DNA of 64,000 nucleotides from Laetmonice hystrix. Taxonomy: Eukaryota. The notes beneath the pieces are model-generated. The model worked only from the letters and a program-made list of their open reading frames with translations, did no database searches and had not been told where the DNA came from. Numbering within the stretch: the stretch's first letter is position 1; each line of letters begins with the position of its first letter. The DNA lies in assembly GCA_965235115.1 (NCBI GenBank), contig OZ249436.1:19718001-19782000 (forward strand). Direction: 5' to 3'. The position numbers and the translations under genes were made by a program. Shown one piece after another: positions 26,558-38,885 of this stretch.

Positions 26558-26732
26558 CTAGATGTCATTTACGTGAAACATTGACAAGGAGGACGTTCTA
26601 GATGTCATTTACGTGAAACATTGACAAGGAGGACGCTCTAGATGTCATTTACGTGAAACATTGACAAGGAGGACGCTCTATATGTCATTTACGTGAAACA
26701 TTTACAAGGAGGACGTTCTAGATGTCATTTAC
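26558..26732. repeat. 40-bp tandem repeat (tctagatgtcatttacgtgaaacattgacaaggaggacg[c/t]); resumes after the MITE, to about 27000
   Basis: Direct periodicity. Confidence 0.9.
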
Positions 26733-26936
26733 GGGTTCTTCCCTCATGATAACTTTCCCACGAAATGTTTGGGCAGGGGTTAGGGTTAAGGTCAGGGATA
26801 GGGATAGGGATAGCATAGGGATATGATTTTGGGAGGTGTAGGGACTGGGGTTAGGGGTTAGGGATAAGGTCAGGGCCATGGATCTTTACTTTCGACCAAA
26901 TTTCGTGGGGTTTAGGTTATCATGGGCGATATACCC
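26733..26936. mobile_element. 204-bp MITE with GGG...CCC ends and 6-bp TSD ATTTAC (copied to 27931-28134)
   Basis: Imperfect TIR ending catgataac / gttatcatg; atttac on both sides; interrupts the 40-bp repeat. Confidence 0.8.
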
Positions 26937-27236
26937 ATTTACGTGATACATTTACAAGGAGGACGCTCTAGATGTCATTTACGTAAAACATTGACAAGGA
27001 GTTATTTTTATTTCCACAGTTGCATAGAAATCCATACTGGTTAAATTTTTATTAATAGTTACTCGGCAACAGGCCGGTAATTTACCTATTGATCTAACTA
27101 GGCCAACTATTAACCTAATTACAGTGATTCCATTAAGGCTCCATTCTGCCCATAATCGAACTTCTTCCGTGGTCAGGTGACAATAACACGAGTCTCGTCT
27201 CACGCCATCTGGTGTTACTGGAGAGAACCGCTGGGT

Positions 27237-27340
27237 TCAGAGAGGTTGGGTACAGACGATTACCAGACTAGTCGTGCCGACCACTTTACATACCCCGGCC
27301 AAGCAGTTGCTTGGACCACTGTCACAGGCCGTTGGAGAGG
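27237..27340 (-). CDS. Duplicate copy of the EGF-gene terminal exon
   Basis: Same sequence as 28435-28538, including the acceptor and TGA. Confidence 0.45.
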
Positions 27341-27443
27341 CTACAATCAAAAAGCATCTTTAAATAATAAGTTATACCAATATTGGACACTTTTACAGGC
27401 GCTACGGTAGTAGTTGTCCCGTTAAAGCCATTCACGATTATCG

Positions 27444-27925
27444 GGTCAGTGTCACTTGTCCCCCAGGTCAGTGTCACTTGTCCCCCAGGTCAGTGCCGCT
27501 CGTCGTCAGGTCAGTGTCACTTGCCCCTCAGGTCAGTGCCTGACATGCTCCCCATGTCAGTGCCACTTGTCCCCCAGGTCAGTGTCACTTGTCCCCCAGG
27601 TCAGTGCCTCATATGTCCCCCAGGTCAGTGCCGCCCGTCCCCCAGGTCAATGCCTGACATGCCCCCATGTCAGTGCCTCACATGTCTCCCAGGTCAGTGC
27701 CTCACATGTCCCCCAGGTCAGTGTCACCTGCCCCCTAGCCAGTGCCTCACACGTCCCCCAAGTCAGTGTCATTTGTACCCCAGGTCAGTGCGACTTGTCT
27801 CCCAGGTCAGTGCCACTTGTCCCCCAAGTCAGTGTCATTTGTACCCCAGGTCAGTGCGACTTGTCTCCCAGGTCAGTGCCACTTGTCCCCCAGGTCAGTG
27901 TCACTTGTCCCCCAGGTCAGTGTCA
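27444..27925. repeat. 22-bp minisatellite (gtcagtgtcacttgtcccccag)
   Basis: Direct periodicity. Confidence 0.93.
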
Positions 27926-28434
27926 TTTACGGGTTCTTCCCTCATGATAACTTTCCCACGAAATGTTTGGGCAGGGGTTAGGGTTAAGGTCAGGGATAGG
28001 GATAGGGATAGCATAGGGATATGATTTTGGGAGGTGTAGGGACTGGGGTTAGGGGTTAGGGATAAGGTCAGGGCCATGGATCTTTACTTTCGACCAAATT
28101 TCGTGGGGTTTAAGTTATCATGGGCGATATACCCATTTACGTGATACATTTACAAGGAGGACGCTCTAGATGTCATTTACGTAAAACATTGACAAGGAGT
28201 TATTTTTATTTCCACAGTTGCATAGAAATCCATACTGGTTAAATTTTTATTAATAGTTACTCGGCAACAGGCCGGTAATTTACCTATTGATCTAACTAGG
28301 CCAACTATTAACCTAATTACAGTGATTCCATTAAGGCTCCATTCTGCCCATAATCGAACTTCTTCCGTGGTCAGGTGACAATAACACGAGTCTCGTCTCA
28401 CGCCATCTGGTGTTACTGGAGAGAACCGCTGGGT

Positions 28435-28538
28435 TCAGAGAGGTTGGGTACAGACGATTACCAGACTAGTCGTGCCGACCACTTTACATACCCCGGCCAA
28501 GCAGTTGCTTGGACCACTGTCACAGGCCGTTGGAGAGG
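28435..28538 (-). CDS. EGF-repeat gene, putative terminal exon (PSPTACDSGPSNCLAGVCKVVGTTSLVIVCTQPL*)
   Basis: tttttgattgtag acceptor; phase 1 matches the 29730 donor; 4 Cys; minus-strand AATAAA about 190 nt downstream. Confidence 0.65.
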
Positions 28539-28642
28539 CTACAATCAAAAAGCATCTTTAAATAATAAGTTATACCAATATTGGACACTTTTACAGGCGC
28601 TACGGTAGTAGTTGTCCCGTTAAAGCCATTCACGATTATCGG

Positions 28643-29690
28643 GTCAGTGTCACTTGTCCCCCAGGTCAGTGTCACTTGTCCCCCAGGTCAGTGCCGCTCG
28701 TCGTCAGGTCAGTGTCACTTGCCCCTCAGGTCAGTGCCTGACATGCTCCCCATGTCAGTGCCTCACTTGTCCCCCAGGTCAGTGCCTCACATGTCCCCCA
28801 AGTCAGTGTCATTTGTCCTCCAGGTCAGTGCTGCTCGTCCCCCAGGTAAGTGCCACTTGTCCCCCAGGTCAGTGTCACTTGTCTCCCAGGTCAGTGTCAC
28901 TTGTCCCCCAGGTCAGTGTCTTATGTCCCCCAGGTCAGTGTCACTTATCCCTCAGGTCAGTGCCTCACATGTCCCCCAAGTCAGTGCCACTTGTCCCCCA
29001 GGTCAGTGCCACTTGTCCCCCAGGTCAGTGTCACTTGTCCCCCAGGTCAGTGCCTCATATGTCCCCCAGGTCAGTGCCGCCCGTCCCCCAGGTCAATGCC
29101 TGACATGCCCCCATGTCAGTGCCTCACATGTCTCCCAGGTCAGTGCCTCACATGTCCCCCAGGTCAGTGTCACCTGCCCCCTAGCCAGTGCCTCACACGT
29201 CCCCCAAGTCAGTGTCATTTGTACCCCAGGTCAGTGCGACTTGTCTCCCAGGTCAGTTCCACTTGTCCCCCAGGTCAGTGTCACTTGTCCCCCAGGTCAG
29301 TGTCTCATATGTCAGCCAGGTCAGTGCCTCATATGTCAGCCAGGTTAGTGCCGCCCGTCCCTCAGGTCGGTGCCTGACATGTCCCCCATGTCAGTGCCTG
29401 ACATGTCCCCCAGGTCAGTGCCTCACAGCATGTCCCCCAGGTCAGTGTCACCTGCCCCCCAGTCAGTGCCTCACATGTCCCCCAGGTCAATGTCACCTTC
29501 CCCCGGTCAGTGCCTAACATGTCCCCCAGGTCAGTGCCTGACATGTCCCCCAGGTCAGTGCCTCACAGCATGTCCCCCAGGTCAGTGTCACTTGTCCCCC
29601 CCAGGTCAGTGCCTCACAGGTCCCCCAGGTCAGTGCCTCACATGTCCCCCGGTCAGTGTCACATGTCCTCCAGATCAGTGCCTCACATGC
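28643..29690. repeat. 22-bp minisatellite, longer array in the last intron
   Basis: Direct periodicity. Confidence 0.93.
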
Positions 29691-29729
29691 CCCCCGGAAC
29701 CATAGGTTATAACGAAGGAAGGTGCCTAC

Positions 29730-29834
29730 GGTTGCAGGTGAGACATGAACAGACGAATCCGCCGGCAGTGTTTGTACAGTCACCCGGTACGAAGGGACTG
29801 CTGCACGGGTTGGCGGTAGTACACTCGTCGATAT
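29730..29834 (-). CDS. EGF exon DIDECTTANPCSSPFVPGDCTNTAGGFVCSCLTCN
   Basis: tttcag acceptor, GTAGGC donor, 105 nt, phase 1-1. Confidence 0.85.
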
Positions 29835-30041
29835 CTGAAACACACAACGGACCTAGACTATCTCGATAGTAAACTTCGACATGCACTACTACCATCTCTA
29901 AATATTTGGGTATTGCTATTTCAGGAAGTGATACATTAGTTTTTATAGACGATTTTCCTATGATATCAGGTATTTTGAGTCGAATTTGCCATTTAGTAGA
30001 TTTGCCGGAGATCTAGTGAAACATCCGAATGGCTGTCCTAC

Positions 30042-30167
30042 CGGTCTCGCAGGAGTCGCCCGTCCATCCGGCCGGACAATTGCAGGTAATTGATTTGATC
30101 CCGTCTATACAGGTACCACCATTCTGGCAGTCACCATTACCACAGGTACAAGTGCAGTCAGGGGTAT
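30042..30167 (-). CDS. EGF exon with 8 Cys: NTPDCTCTCGNGDCQNGGTCIDGIKSITCNCPAGWTGDSCET
   Basis: AG/GT flanks, 126 nt, phase 1-1. Confidence 0.9.
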
Positions 30168-30443
30168 CTGTGCAAAATATCAATCATCAGAAAGGGCGAC
30201 GAGAGCAGATCCTCCGTATATGTATATCAAGGTATGGCCATATTGGCAGGCTGTAACACACAGGCGCAGGAAGATATTCACGGCTGGGAGGGCCAAGACC
30301 AAAGTCGATGGTCATTTCCTATCTAATTCCCAGACCAGGTCAGGTCAGGAGGGTGGCAATGCCCCCAGTCTCCGCGCTCCTGTTACATTTATTTCAATCA
30401 GGGGCGCCGGAAGCAAATTATTATTGGGAGGGCAAGAGAGCTG

Positions 30444-32083
30444 GGGCATGTTGCACAATCAACGACAGTACAATAACGAAAAATGGGTAGATGTTCGTTG
30501 ACCGTACGACAATGGCAACGACATGTCGTAGATTCTGTTGCATAAAGTCCATCGTTGATTTCTTGCTGGAACGATGTTTTCTGTCGTAGCCTGGTCCCCT
30601 GCCTACCAGACGCATCCGCTATGTTAGGCCAGGTGCTGGCTGGCAGCAGTCTCCATGACAGAGATCGTTCACTTCATTCAACCTCTGCCACACCCTGGGT
30701 CCTCCCTACTGCCGTTTCAGTGACCCCTGACCTGACCCCCCGGGTATAAACCAGGCTATAGCCCAAAGTATACCCCCCAGCCCAGATTATACCCCCATGG
30801 CAGAATATCCACAGTTTATTTCATACAGTTTTTGAATGTTTCAATCGAAATAACTACATACCAACTTCTTGTTTTAAAATTGTATGTGGGATTTGTATAT
30901 GGGTGTCGTATAAACTGGGCTGCGGGGGGGGGGGGGGTTATAGGCCTAATCTGGGCTAGCCTAGTTTGTACCCCGGGGCCTAGCTCAGAATAACCCCGGG
31001 TATACTCTAGGATAGCCCAGATTATACCCGGGTATAGTCTGGTGGGGGTATACTCCAGGCTCCTGCGTATGTCATTATTATACTGCAACCTCTGACTACG
31101 CGCGTTTAAGGGAAATTGGGAGTGTGCAAAGTGCCACCCAGTGCCGCGCGTTGTTACCACATCACCATGTTCAGCAAGACGCTGAATGTTTACCAGGCTG
31201 TAACCTTTAAAATTGATGGGTGACCCCGCCCCTCATTCTTTTCTTCTAAAACTAGTACTCAGGCCCGTAACCGGGGGCTGGCTGGGGAGGGGGGTTTAGA
31301 CCCCCCCCCCCCCCACCCCCGACCCAAAAGTCCATGTATAGGCCACACTTATCCAATACTAACTAGTGTATAGTGTTAAAACATATCTAAGTTGAAGTGA
31401 AAAATATAGGTTAGGCGTACTATTTTAGGCATATGGGCCTATGTTTATACAACAGGTAGGGAATAAAGACACCTTAAAGTTTATGCAACAGATTCTGGAG
31501 GATTTCGGACATATGCTGGCATTAAATTATATTCCTCTATAACAGTAGAGTCTTTACTTTGATTCATTTTAAGTCTTTACTTAATTTTCTCATTTTGAAA
31601 TGTAAACAAATGATATTTATACCCGTTGTTGTGCGGTGATCCCCCCTCCGCGTCGGTCTCCTGCGGTAGAGCAGAAGCCCGACTGCAAAGGCCAGGCTGA
31701 GCCGAACCACCGACTGCTTATCTAAGCGATATCGACGGATAAACTGCTCCGAGTCGAAGTATGTGACGGGATCTATATGTGAAAAGAACCGTCGTCTTTT
31801 CCCATGACGTTCCATGACTGTTTTCCCTCCCCCAAAAAAGATTTTAGACTTTCGGTGGATTTAACGAACACCTTTTTGGTGTTCGTAATTTGCGACAGTG
31901 AAAAGGGAATAAAGACACCTTGAACGACACCGTCAGAACAACGAAAAGTTTATGCAACAGATTCTGGAGGATTTCGGGGTATCGTAACTTACGACACGTC
32001 GTAGAACAAGAACGATTTTTTATGCAACGGCTACTGTCGTTGTTCATGAAAAATCTGATCTTTGTTGTTTATGCAACAGGCCC
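30444..32083. mobile_element. Harbinger-derived element carrying further nested MITEs
   Basis: TIR gggc(a/c)tgttgca and 3-bp TSD CTG; the intact host copy reads gagagctgaagcgaaag at this site. Confidence 0.8.
31690..31815 (-). pseudogene. Fragment resembling the N-terminus of a Harbinger/HARBI1-type nuclease
   Basis: RRRFFSHIDPVTYFDSEQFIRRYRLDKQSVVRL resembles, from memory, the R-x-F..DP...D..F..RYRL motif; it lies inside a Harbinger-type element. Confidence 0.55.
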
Positions 32084-32630
32084 CTGAAGCGAAAGTCATA
32101 GGCTACAACATGCTTAGTAAAGCAGGATCGGAGGCCCTCCCCAAGAAAATTTTAAAAACTACACACCTTAAAACGCTTTTCTACGCCATTTTGAGGCAGG
32201 ATTTATTATGTTGTGAAGGCGTAAATGAATAAATTACAATGTATCAATGTATCATTAGGACAATCGACCCAGTCTTTGACGCACCCAAGTCATGGTTTCA
32301 ACAGGCCTACTGTATGTGGAAAAAGCCTGCCTTTTTTCATTCATAAACACAGATTATTTGGGGGGCGATGCCCCCCCCCCAACCAGATTATTGAGGGGCG
32401 GTCGCCCCCCTGCCCCCCCCCCCCCGGCTTCTGGCGCCTATGATTTTAATTCGTGATTACATGCTAATGATGTTGCATACATTAATTCGTATACATGCCA
32501 CAGGCCCCACATTAATACCGTTGACACACCGACGTTCCAAAGCGCTTCAAATCGCGTCAGTTCGCATTGATACGGTTCGTGACATACCCAGCACGGTTCC
32601 CAATCGCATTGAACCCAAACCACATCAATA

Positions 32631-32771
32631 CACTCTAAAAACAGATTGGTTGAAACAACCAATATTGATTGAAATGTATCCAACCAATGTGGATTGCTTG
32701 GACACATTTCAATCAATATTGGTTGATTCAACCAATATCTTGGCAATTTCAACCAATCTGTTCTTAGAGTG
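32631..32771. mobile_element. Palindromic CACT-ended MITE (EnSpm/CACTA-like)
   Basis: cactctaaaaacagattggtt TIRs; 2-bp TSD TA. Confidence 0.8.
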
Positions 32772-34810
32772 TATGTGGATTCAATGCGCATCGAAGGGAT
32801 ATCTTTGACATTATTTTCTTGCATTTCGTTGGTCAAATAGTCCAATAGGCCTATTACTGGACGACATTCCTAACAGGCGCGGATCCAGGATTTCTTGAAG
32901 GCAGGCCTTCCAGCAGTCCTACTTTTCCTACTTTTTCCTACCTTTTTGGCCTTGCTCCTACTTTTCCTACTTTTTTCTTGAAATTCCTTCTTTTTCCTAC
33001 TTTTTCCTGATACATCTCAATTTTTAGCTCTGCTGACTATAGTATAGTAAGGCATAGTTTATCTAATTTTAATATGTAATCATCTTTGTAGAATCATTTT
33101 GAAACATTTAACATAATACATAAATCATGTAAATGCAAGGCTATAATGTGCAGGAGTAGTGAGTAGTTACTGTAGGTCCAAAGCTGTAGACCGGCTGCAC
33201 CACACCTTCACCTTCACCTTCAACTATGACTCTGCATCGTACAGCACCAAGCCTGTTGAAAAAGAGGTCTCTGTTTCCTGTGAAGCCATCCTTGTTCGAA
33301 TTATGTTATTCAACGTTGGTAAAGGACGAAAACTACTCCTGCAAGCCTGCAAAACTCCTAATTTTATCCTACTTTTTATCCCTACTTTTTCATCAGGGTC
33401 TGCTGGAAGGCCTGTGAAGGGTGGGGTTCAGGGTCTTCTCAAAGGGCACCTGCCTACAGAACAGGCGGGGATACAGCACTGCAAGGGGGGGGGGGTGCCC
33501 TCGAGCGCTAAAGGCGAACATCTGCAGGGGAGGGTCTGTGCACCTCCCCCAGAAAATATTTGAATTTAGAAGACAAGAATATTTCCTATTTCCTGAAATC
33601 TGGAGATAGGAATGCGAAAGTTTCTCAAAGCATTTAGGCTTAGCCTATACCAATAATTTTTATCACTTCTTCAAAAAAGGGGAGCGTGCGCCACTGCACC
33701 TTCCCTAGCCCTTGGATCCGCGCCTGCAAAAGTTAGCCAAGAAGCGCACTTTGGGGCCCAAGGGGGATTCGAACCCCTCTCCACCGAGTCCCCCCCCCCT
33801 CTGGATCTGCGCCTGATAGGATCTGATAGGGAGTGCAAGTCTCGTGTCAGATATGAATCGGCAGAAATAGCCTCGAAACGCGTCACAATGGTCCCTAACC
33901 GATTGCTACGTCACAATATCTCCATTGGTTTAACATGGGAGGAGAAAAGACATTTTTAAACATCGACCAGATTTTTGTAAATTTGGACATCTAGAAAATG
34001 AAATAATAATATTGATAAGTTGAGAGTGGCCGGCTTCTATGGGATTGGCAATGCTAAAGTGACGAGATTTCGACCACGTTGGGACCAAACTAGCCGGGTC
34101 CCCAGCTCTATATTAACTTCGTATATAGAGCCTGGTGATGGCCAATCGAAGCAAGCGTTGTGATTGGCCCATCGAAAACATGGACGCAAACGAGGTATAG
34201 TTCCGTACCCTCCGTATTTCTCCAACAAGACACAATTTTTTTCGTCAATCCCTTTAAAATACAAGTGTTAAATGTCCTCGCTTTTCTGGATGTAAACATA
34301 GCGTCAGCAGTCCCCACACCTGCTACGGTCTGCATACGCAGGGGCATGTTGCTATTGTTGGCCACTCCCGGCCACGCTCCAAGCAGAAGTCAATCACTCT
34401 GTTAACGCTGACCAACGGACCGGAGGCGGAAGTGATTAGCTCCGAGGCGGAAGTGCTTGGAGATCACCACTTCCGTTTTACAGCTTTCTGTTAGCCATCA
34501 CCGGGCCTAACATCAAGCGGATGCGTATGGTAAGGCACCGGGGACCAGGCTAGGACCAAACTCGGCTGTTATCGCGTTTTCTCGTGTTCTCTCTTGACAA
34601 ACTTGCACACCCTATTGCGTGAGAATTAGCATGCCTGCGTGAGAGCGTGAGATGCAGAATGCGTCAGTCTCACGCTCAATGCGTGAGTCTCAATGCGTGA
34701 GAGTTGGTAGGTTTTAGATTGTTTCTGGTTACAGCAGCCATAACACCACACTGTCTTCACCACAACTTCATTCAACACTAGTATTAGATGTAGATGTAGT
34801 ATAGGCCTAC

Positions 34811-34930
34811 TTATTTCACACAAAGTCCCCTCGAATCCTGTATCGCCGCAGTCACAAGAAAATGAGTTGACGTCGGGTGTAGAACAAGTTCCTCCATTCT
34901 GGCAAGGACTGGTAGTGCATTCGTCAAAAT
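34811..34930 (-). CDS. EGF exon [40 protein letters not shown]
   Basis: ttacag/GTAGGC flanks, 120 nt, phase 1-1. Confidence 0.92.
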   Translation of the reverse strand: MLTNALPVLARMEELVLHPTSTHFLVTAAIQDSRGLCVK

Positions 34931-35123
34931 CTGTAAATAAACAGTGTTTCCGTTTTTACGTGTTCCACCTCGATTTCACCAGTAGCGATCTTTTTCTTAC
35001 TGTAATAAATGTTGTTTTCTATACGTAAACTTCTTGGTTGCTGTACGACCAATAGGAGCGGAAGTTTAGGCCTTATATCTTCACATAGGGTCTATTGTAT
35101 TTCTAAAGTATTTAAAGGTTTAC

Positions 35124-35240
35124 CTGTAGTACAGGTGCTGCCTGTGAATCCTGTGCCCGTGCATGAGCATGTAAAGCTGTCAAATCCGTCTATGCATGCC
35201 CCCCCATTCTGACAAGGATTAGGACTGCATTCATCACTGT
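35124..35240 (-). CDS. EGF exon [39 protein letters not shown]
   Basis: AG/GT flanks, 117 nt, phase 1-1. Confidence 0.92.
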
Positions 35241-35789
35241 CTGTCACATACAAATGATAGTAGTATACCAGGGTGTTACTAGGAGAGGTGTCCTCCCCGA
35301 GAGAGATGGTAGCGACAACTTAGAAATGTAACACAGTTCTATTTTATTGGCACTTCCTGTCATTTCAACTAGGCAGACTTCTTTGACTTTGCTGACAATT
35401 TAAGGGGCAGAAACATTTTAAGGGCCCTATCCATTAAGGCGATTGTCCTTGCGACGCCAATGCGATTTTGACACCACCCTTTTATTTTACTATAATTTTG
35501 AGATTGAAAGATGGAACCCATTTCCTGAAACGGAGAAGGCCAGCCAGGGAAGATTTCACAGTGAAATTCCACCATTAAATCGAAAATCGCATGGCCGTCG
35601 TAAAGGGAATCGTCTTCGTGGATATAGGGCCCTATTATAGGTCTTGGCAGTTCGTACTCTTGATTACAAACAACATCTCCAATTGGACATGACTATTTTA
35701 AGGACCCCCAGACTTCCCGAAAACTGTATATTTAGGGCGCTAAGCCCCATATCAAAACACCCGTTTTCGACAGCAATCCAGGGCCCTTA

Positions 35790-36145
35790 TGCGGGATTTC
35801 CACCGGACGCGAGCGAGCGATATTATCTGTCACAGCCGCGCGCCTGTCAGCACAACGCGAGCGCATCATCTTTGACCATTTCCACCAGGTGCGAGCGCAA
35901 ACCCCAACATGGCAGTGTCCAGTCTTCTGTCGCGAAGATTTCCTAGTTCACAATCTCGTTACGTCGAGCGAGCGAGCGCAAAAAATTGAAAGTTGACCAA
36001 CTTTAAAAAATCGCGCGCGCGACAGATAGCATGATGTGCGCGCGCGTCTGGTGGAAATTACTGCAATCACTTCAACTATTTCTACTTTTGAAGCGCGCGC
36101 GCACCAAAACAATTCGCTCGCTCGCGTCCGGTGGAAATCCCCGCA
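35790..36145. mobile_element. PIF/Harbinger-type MITE
   Basis: TIR of about 30 bp (tgcgggatttccaccggacgcgagcgagcga); TTA on both sides. Confidence 0.8.
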
Positions 36146-37260
36146 TTAGCTTATAAACTTACCCAGGGGTGTACGTACACCCCCACCCATCTATGGTTTT
36201 CATATGAATGAGAAACTACATCCAGACGTCATCCTTTGCATTTTTCTAATTTACAATGCATGTTTTAGGCCTATACTGTAGGCCTACTAGATACACGGAA
36301 TGACAACGACACTACCACTTCTGACAATAACTTGAAATGAGGTCTGATTACTTCTGGTTTATGTATGTTCAGTTGGTGGCACACGTTTCGATTCTGGCTA
36401 CGCTAGGACTCGCGTCAATCATGCGATATCGTGTGATAGCAGCTCAGTTCGTGCCGCAGCGTGTAAGTCCTCACATTCTGCCATTCAATATAATAATCAA
36501 ACTAATGGAAATTATATACAAATATTGGATGGCGGCGAGTCCACTATATAGTTTACTGGACGAAGAAAAGCGATAATTGACGAAGCCAAGCCTAGTCCAT
36601 TATCGCTTTCCAGAGTCGCGTAAACTGTATAGTGGACGAGCTGCCATCCAACATTTGCTATATTATAATTCTGTGCTATGTCATCAATTTGCTATATTAC
36701 ACAGCTTCCTCCCTGTCCGACGTTGCTTCTACTTTGACGTCGTTTCTATGGTTTCCAAAGCGAATCGTCCCATATCGTATTTTCGGGACGGTCACGTGGT
36801 ACAAATGGACCAATCAGATTGCTTAGCTGCACCAGGTGTACAATATTGAAAGTAGTAGCGTTTTTGTAAATGTGTACATATGTTTTTCCTAATGTATGTG
36901 ATACGACCAGATGGTTTCTTATCGTGGCGTAAACTCGCTCACATTATACAAATATTGGATCCACTATACAGTTTACGGGACGAAGAAAAGCGATATTAGA
37001 AGAGGTAACGTCGAGTCCAATATCATCTTTTTTGTCCCATAAACTGTGTAATGGACGAGCTACCATCCAACCGTGACGTTGTTTTTATCATAGTATATTA
37101 TCAAATGGACCAATCAGATTGCTTCGCTGCGCCTATTATGTGATATTGTGCAAACATTGTACAATACTGGGCATGGCTATGTTCCTCGGGCAAAGTCGTA
37201 GCCAAAGTCGAAACGTGTGTGATTGGCTTATATATTTCTAGAGTATACTTAAAGCTGCAC

Positions 37261-37374
37261 CTGCGTCGCATAAAGTGCCTGCGAATCCTGTTGCGCAATC
37301 ACATGTAAAACCGTTAACCTCGTCGTTACATGTTGCCCCATTCTGACATGGATTCGATAGGCACTCGTCAATGT
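37261..37374 (-). CDS. EGF exon [38 protein letters not shown]
   Basis: ttacag acceptor, weak GTGCAG donor, 114 nt. Confidence 0.88.
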
Positions 37375-37604
37375 CTGTAAAATAAACATATTACTATTTC
37401 TATAAGAGCGAGGCACTGTATAAAAACACGTAACAAAATGAGGGTTTTTATTATATGCTAGATTTCTAGTTGTCACTCGCAGATTTCATGGAGATGAGGG
37501 ATAGATTCTCGATAGGAATCCCTGGGGCGATCGCAGCTTAAAAAAAGCGTCTTTTGTCCATTTACCCTTGGAAGTTTATTGCGTTGACCCAAGATTATTC
37601 TTAC

Positions 37605-37721
37605 TTGTTTGACACAGCGTCCCGGTATATCCGTCCGCGCAGTCACAACTGAAGGAGTTGATCGCAGGTTCTGAACATGTCCCGCCATTTTGACAGGGAT
37701 TAGATGAGCACTCGTCAATAT
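37605..37721 (-). CDS. EGF exon [39 protein letters not shown]
   Basis: AG/GTAAG flanks, 117 nt. Confidence 0.92.
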
Positions 37722-37812
37722 CTGTACAGGTGGTAATAGATAGAGGTACTGTATGAGTTACATCATATGGCACATATGAAGTATCGCGAGGCCATATTGT
37801 TAACATTCGTTA

Positions 37813-37859
37813 ACATGCCCCGCCATTTAGACAGGGATCAGGTGAGCACTCGTCAATAT
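37813..37859 (-). pseudogene. Half EGF exon DIDECSPDPCLNGGAC followed directly by TAA
   Basis: Intact acceptor; truncated at a duplication junction. Confidence 0.8.
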
Positions 37860-37899
37860 CTGTACAGGTGGTAAATTAATTCTATGAGTTACAGCTTAA

Positions 37900-38426
37900 A
37901 GGGGCATATTATGAGGAAATGTGAAAATCCGTATTTTAAAGAACTTTTGCTGTTTTCATAAAGACTTCCTTCATTACAATTGCTTGGTAAACAAAGACAG
38001 ACTTATTAGTTTCATTTTGCGTGAGAAATCGAAGTTTATGAAGCTCCCTTGCCCGCTTCTCTGCCGATTTCGTAAAATATTTTTTTGGGTGGCATTCTGA
38101 TGCCAGACGATCGAGTGCAACTGATGAATTGTTTACAACTAAACGAAGCACGTGAACAAGCACATGCAGAGAGTGCACACGCAGGAGGTGACGCAGTATG
38201 CAAATACACGGGTCGATGGTAGGTTGTCTACCAAATTATGGCGGGAGATGTGCTATCGGGAGAAATCTATAGGTTTGGTCGTATGGAACCTACTTGTGTT
38301 GCATACGCAGCGAAAACACGTCGGAGGACAAAATGCTGTGGTAGGATTATTTACTTGGATCCCTAGTACACGGTCATTTGGATAATTGCCGGAAATCCTC
38401 AAAAACGTGTTCCATAGCATGCCCCT
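37900..38426. mobile_element. Kolobok-like MITE
   Basis: TTAA TSD and TIR aggggcat(a/g)(t/c)tatg. The paralogous introns near 37750 and 39035 lack it. Confidence 0.8.
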
Positions 38427-38885
38427 TTAACTTTTTAGCACATATGAAGTCTCGCGATGCCATATTGTCACACATAGTCATAGGAGGCGGGGGGGGGGGG
38501 GTCAAGGTGCATATACCCACTGCCAATGTGACATAGATCGTTTTTCCCGTGTCATGATGCCGATAATGGGGTTAATGACTACTTATAATGTCAAAGGGAT
38601 ACTTAGTAAATTACATGTGAATGAAAATAACCTCTAGAGGTAATGTCAACACGGTAGTGTCAGGTATATACCTTTTGAATCAGTTGGCGGAATCACAGGA
38701 CAGTCAAATTAAAAGAGAATGTAGGTAATGATAGAAAACCATTTGGGACATAGGATCATACCTGTATTATTTGGCAATCAGAGTTTCTAGTTATGATTTA
38801 GCATCACATGTCACATGACATCTGACATGTAACACCAAGGGATGGGCTCCATCGTTGTCAAAACAACGACAGATCTAGTTCTTAC

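Larger units (their letters stand above)
26723..28760. repeat. Recent tandem duplication, period 1198 bp, containing the EGF-gene last exon
   Basis: 26723-~27560 is almost identical to 27921-~28760. Confidence 0.93.
30399..32442. mobile_element. hAT-like MITE split by a Harbinger-derived insertion
   Basis: Same family as 3647-4044; 8-bp TSD atttcaat/attttaat. Confidence 0.85.

Noticed and set aside
28576..28640. Possible minus-strand stalk exon IIVNGFNGTTTTVAPVKVSNI
   Set aside because: No in-phase acceptor, and it would need a 37-nt intron; 29730 joins 28538 in frame without it.
27383..29869. Cys/Pro-rich ORFs in all three frames
   Set aside because: Artefacts of a 22-bp unit cycling through frames, on the strand opposite the host gene.
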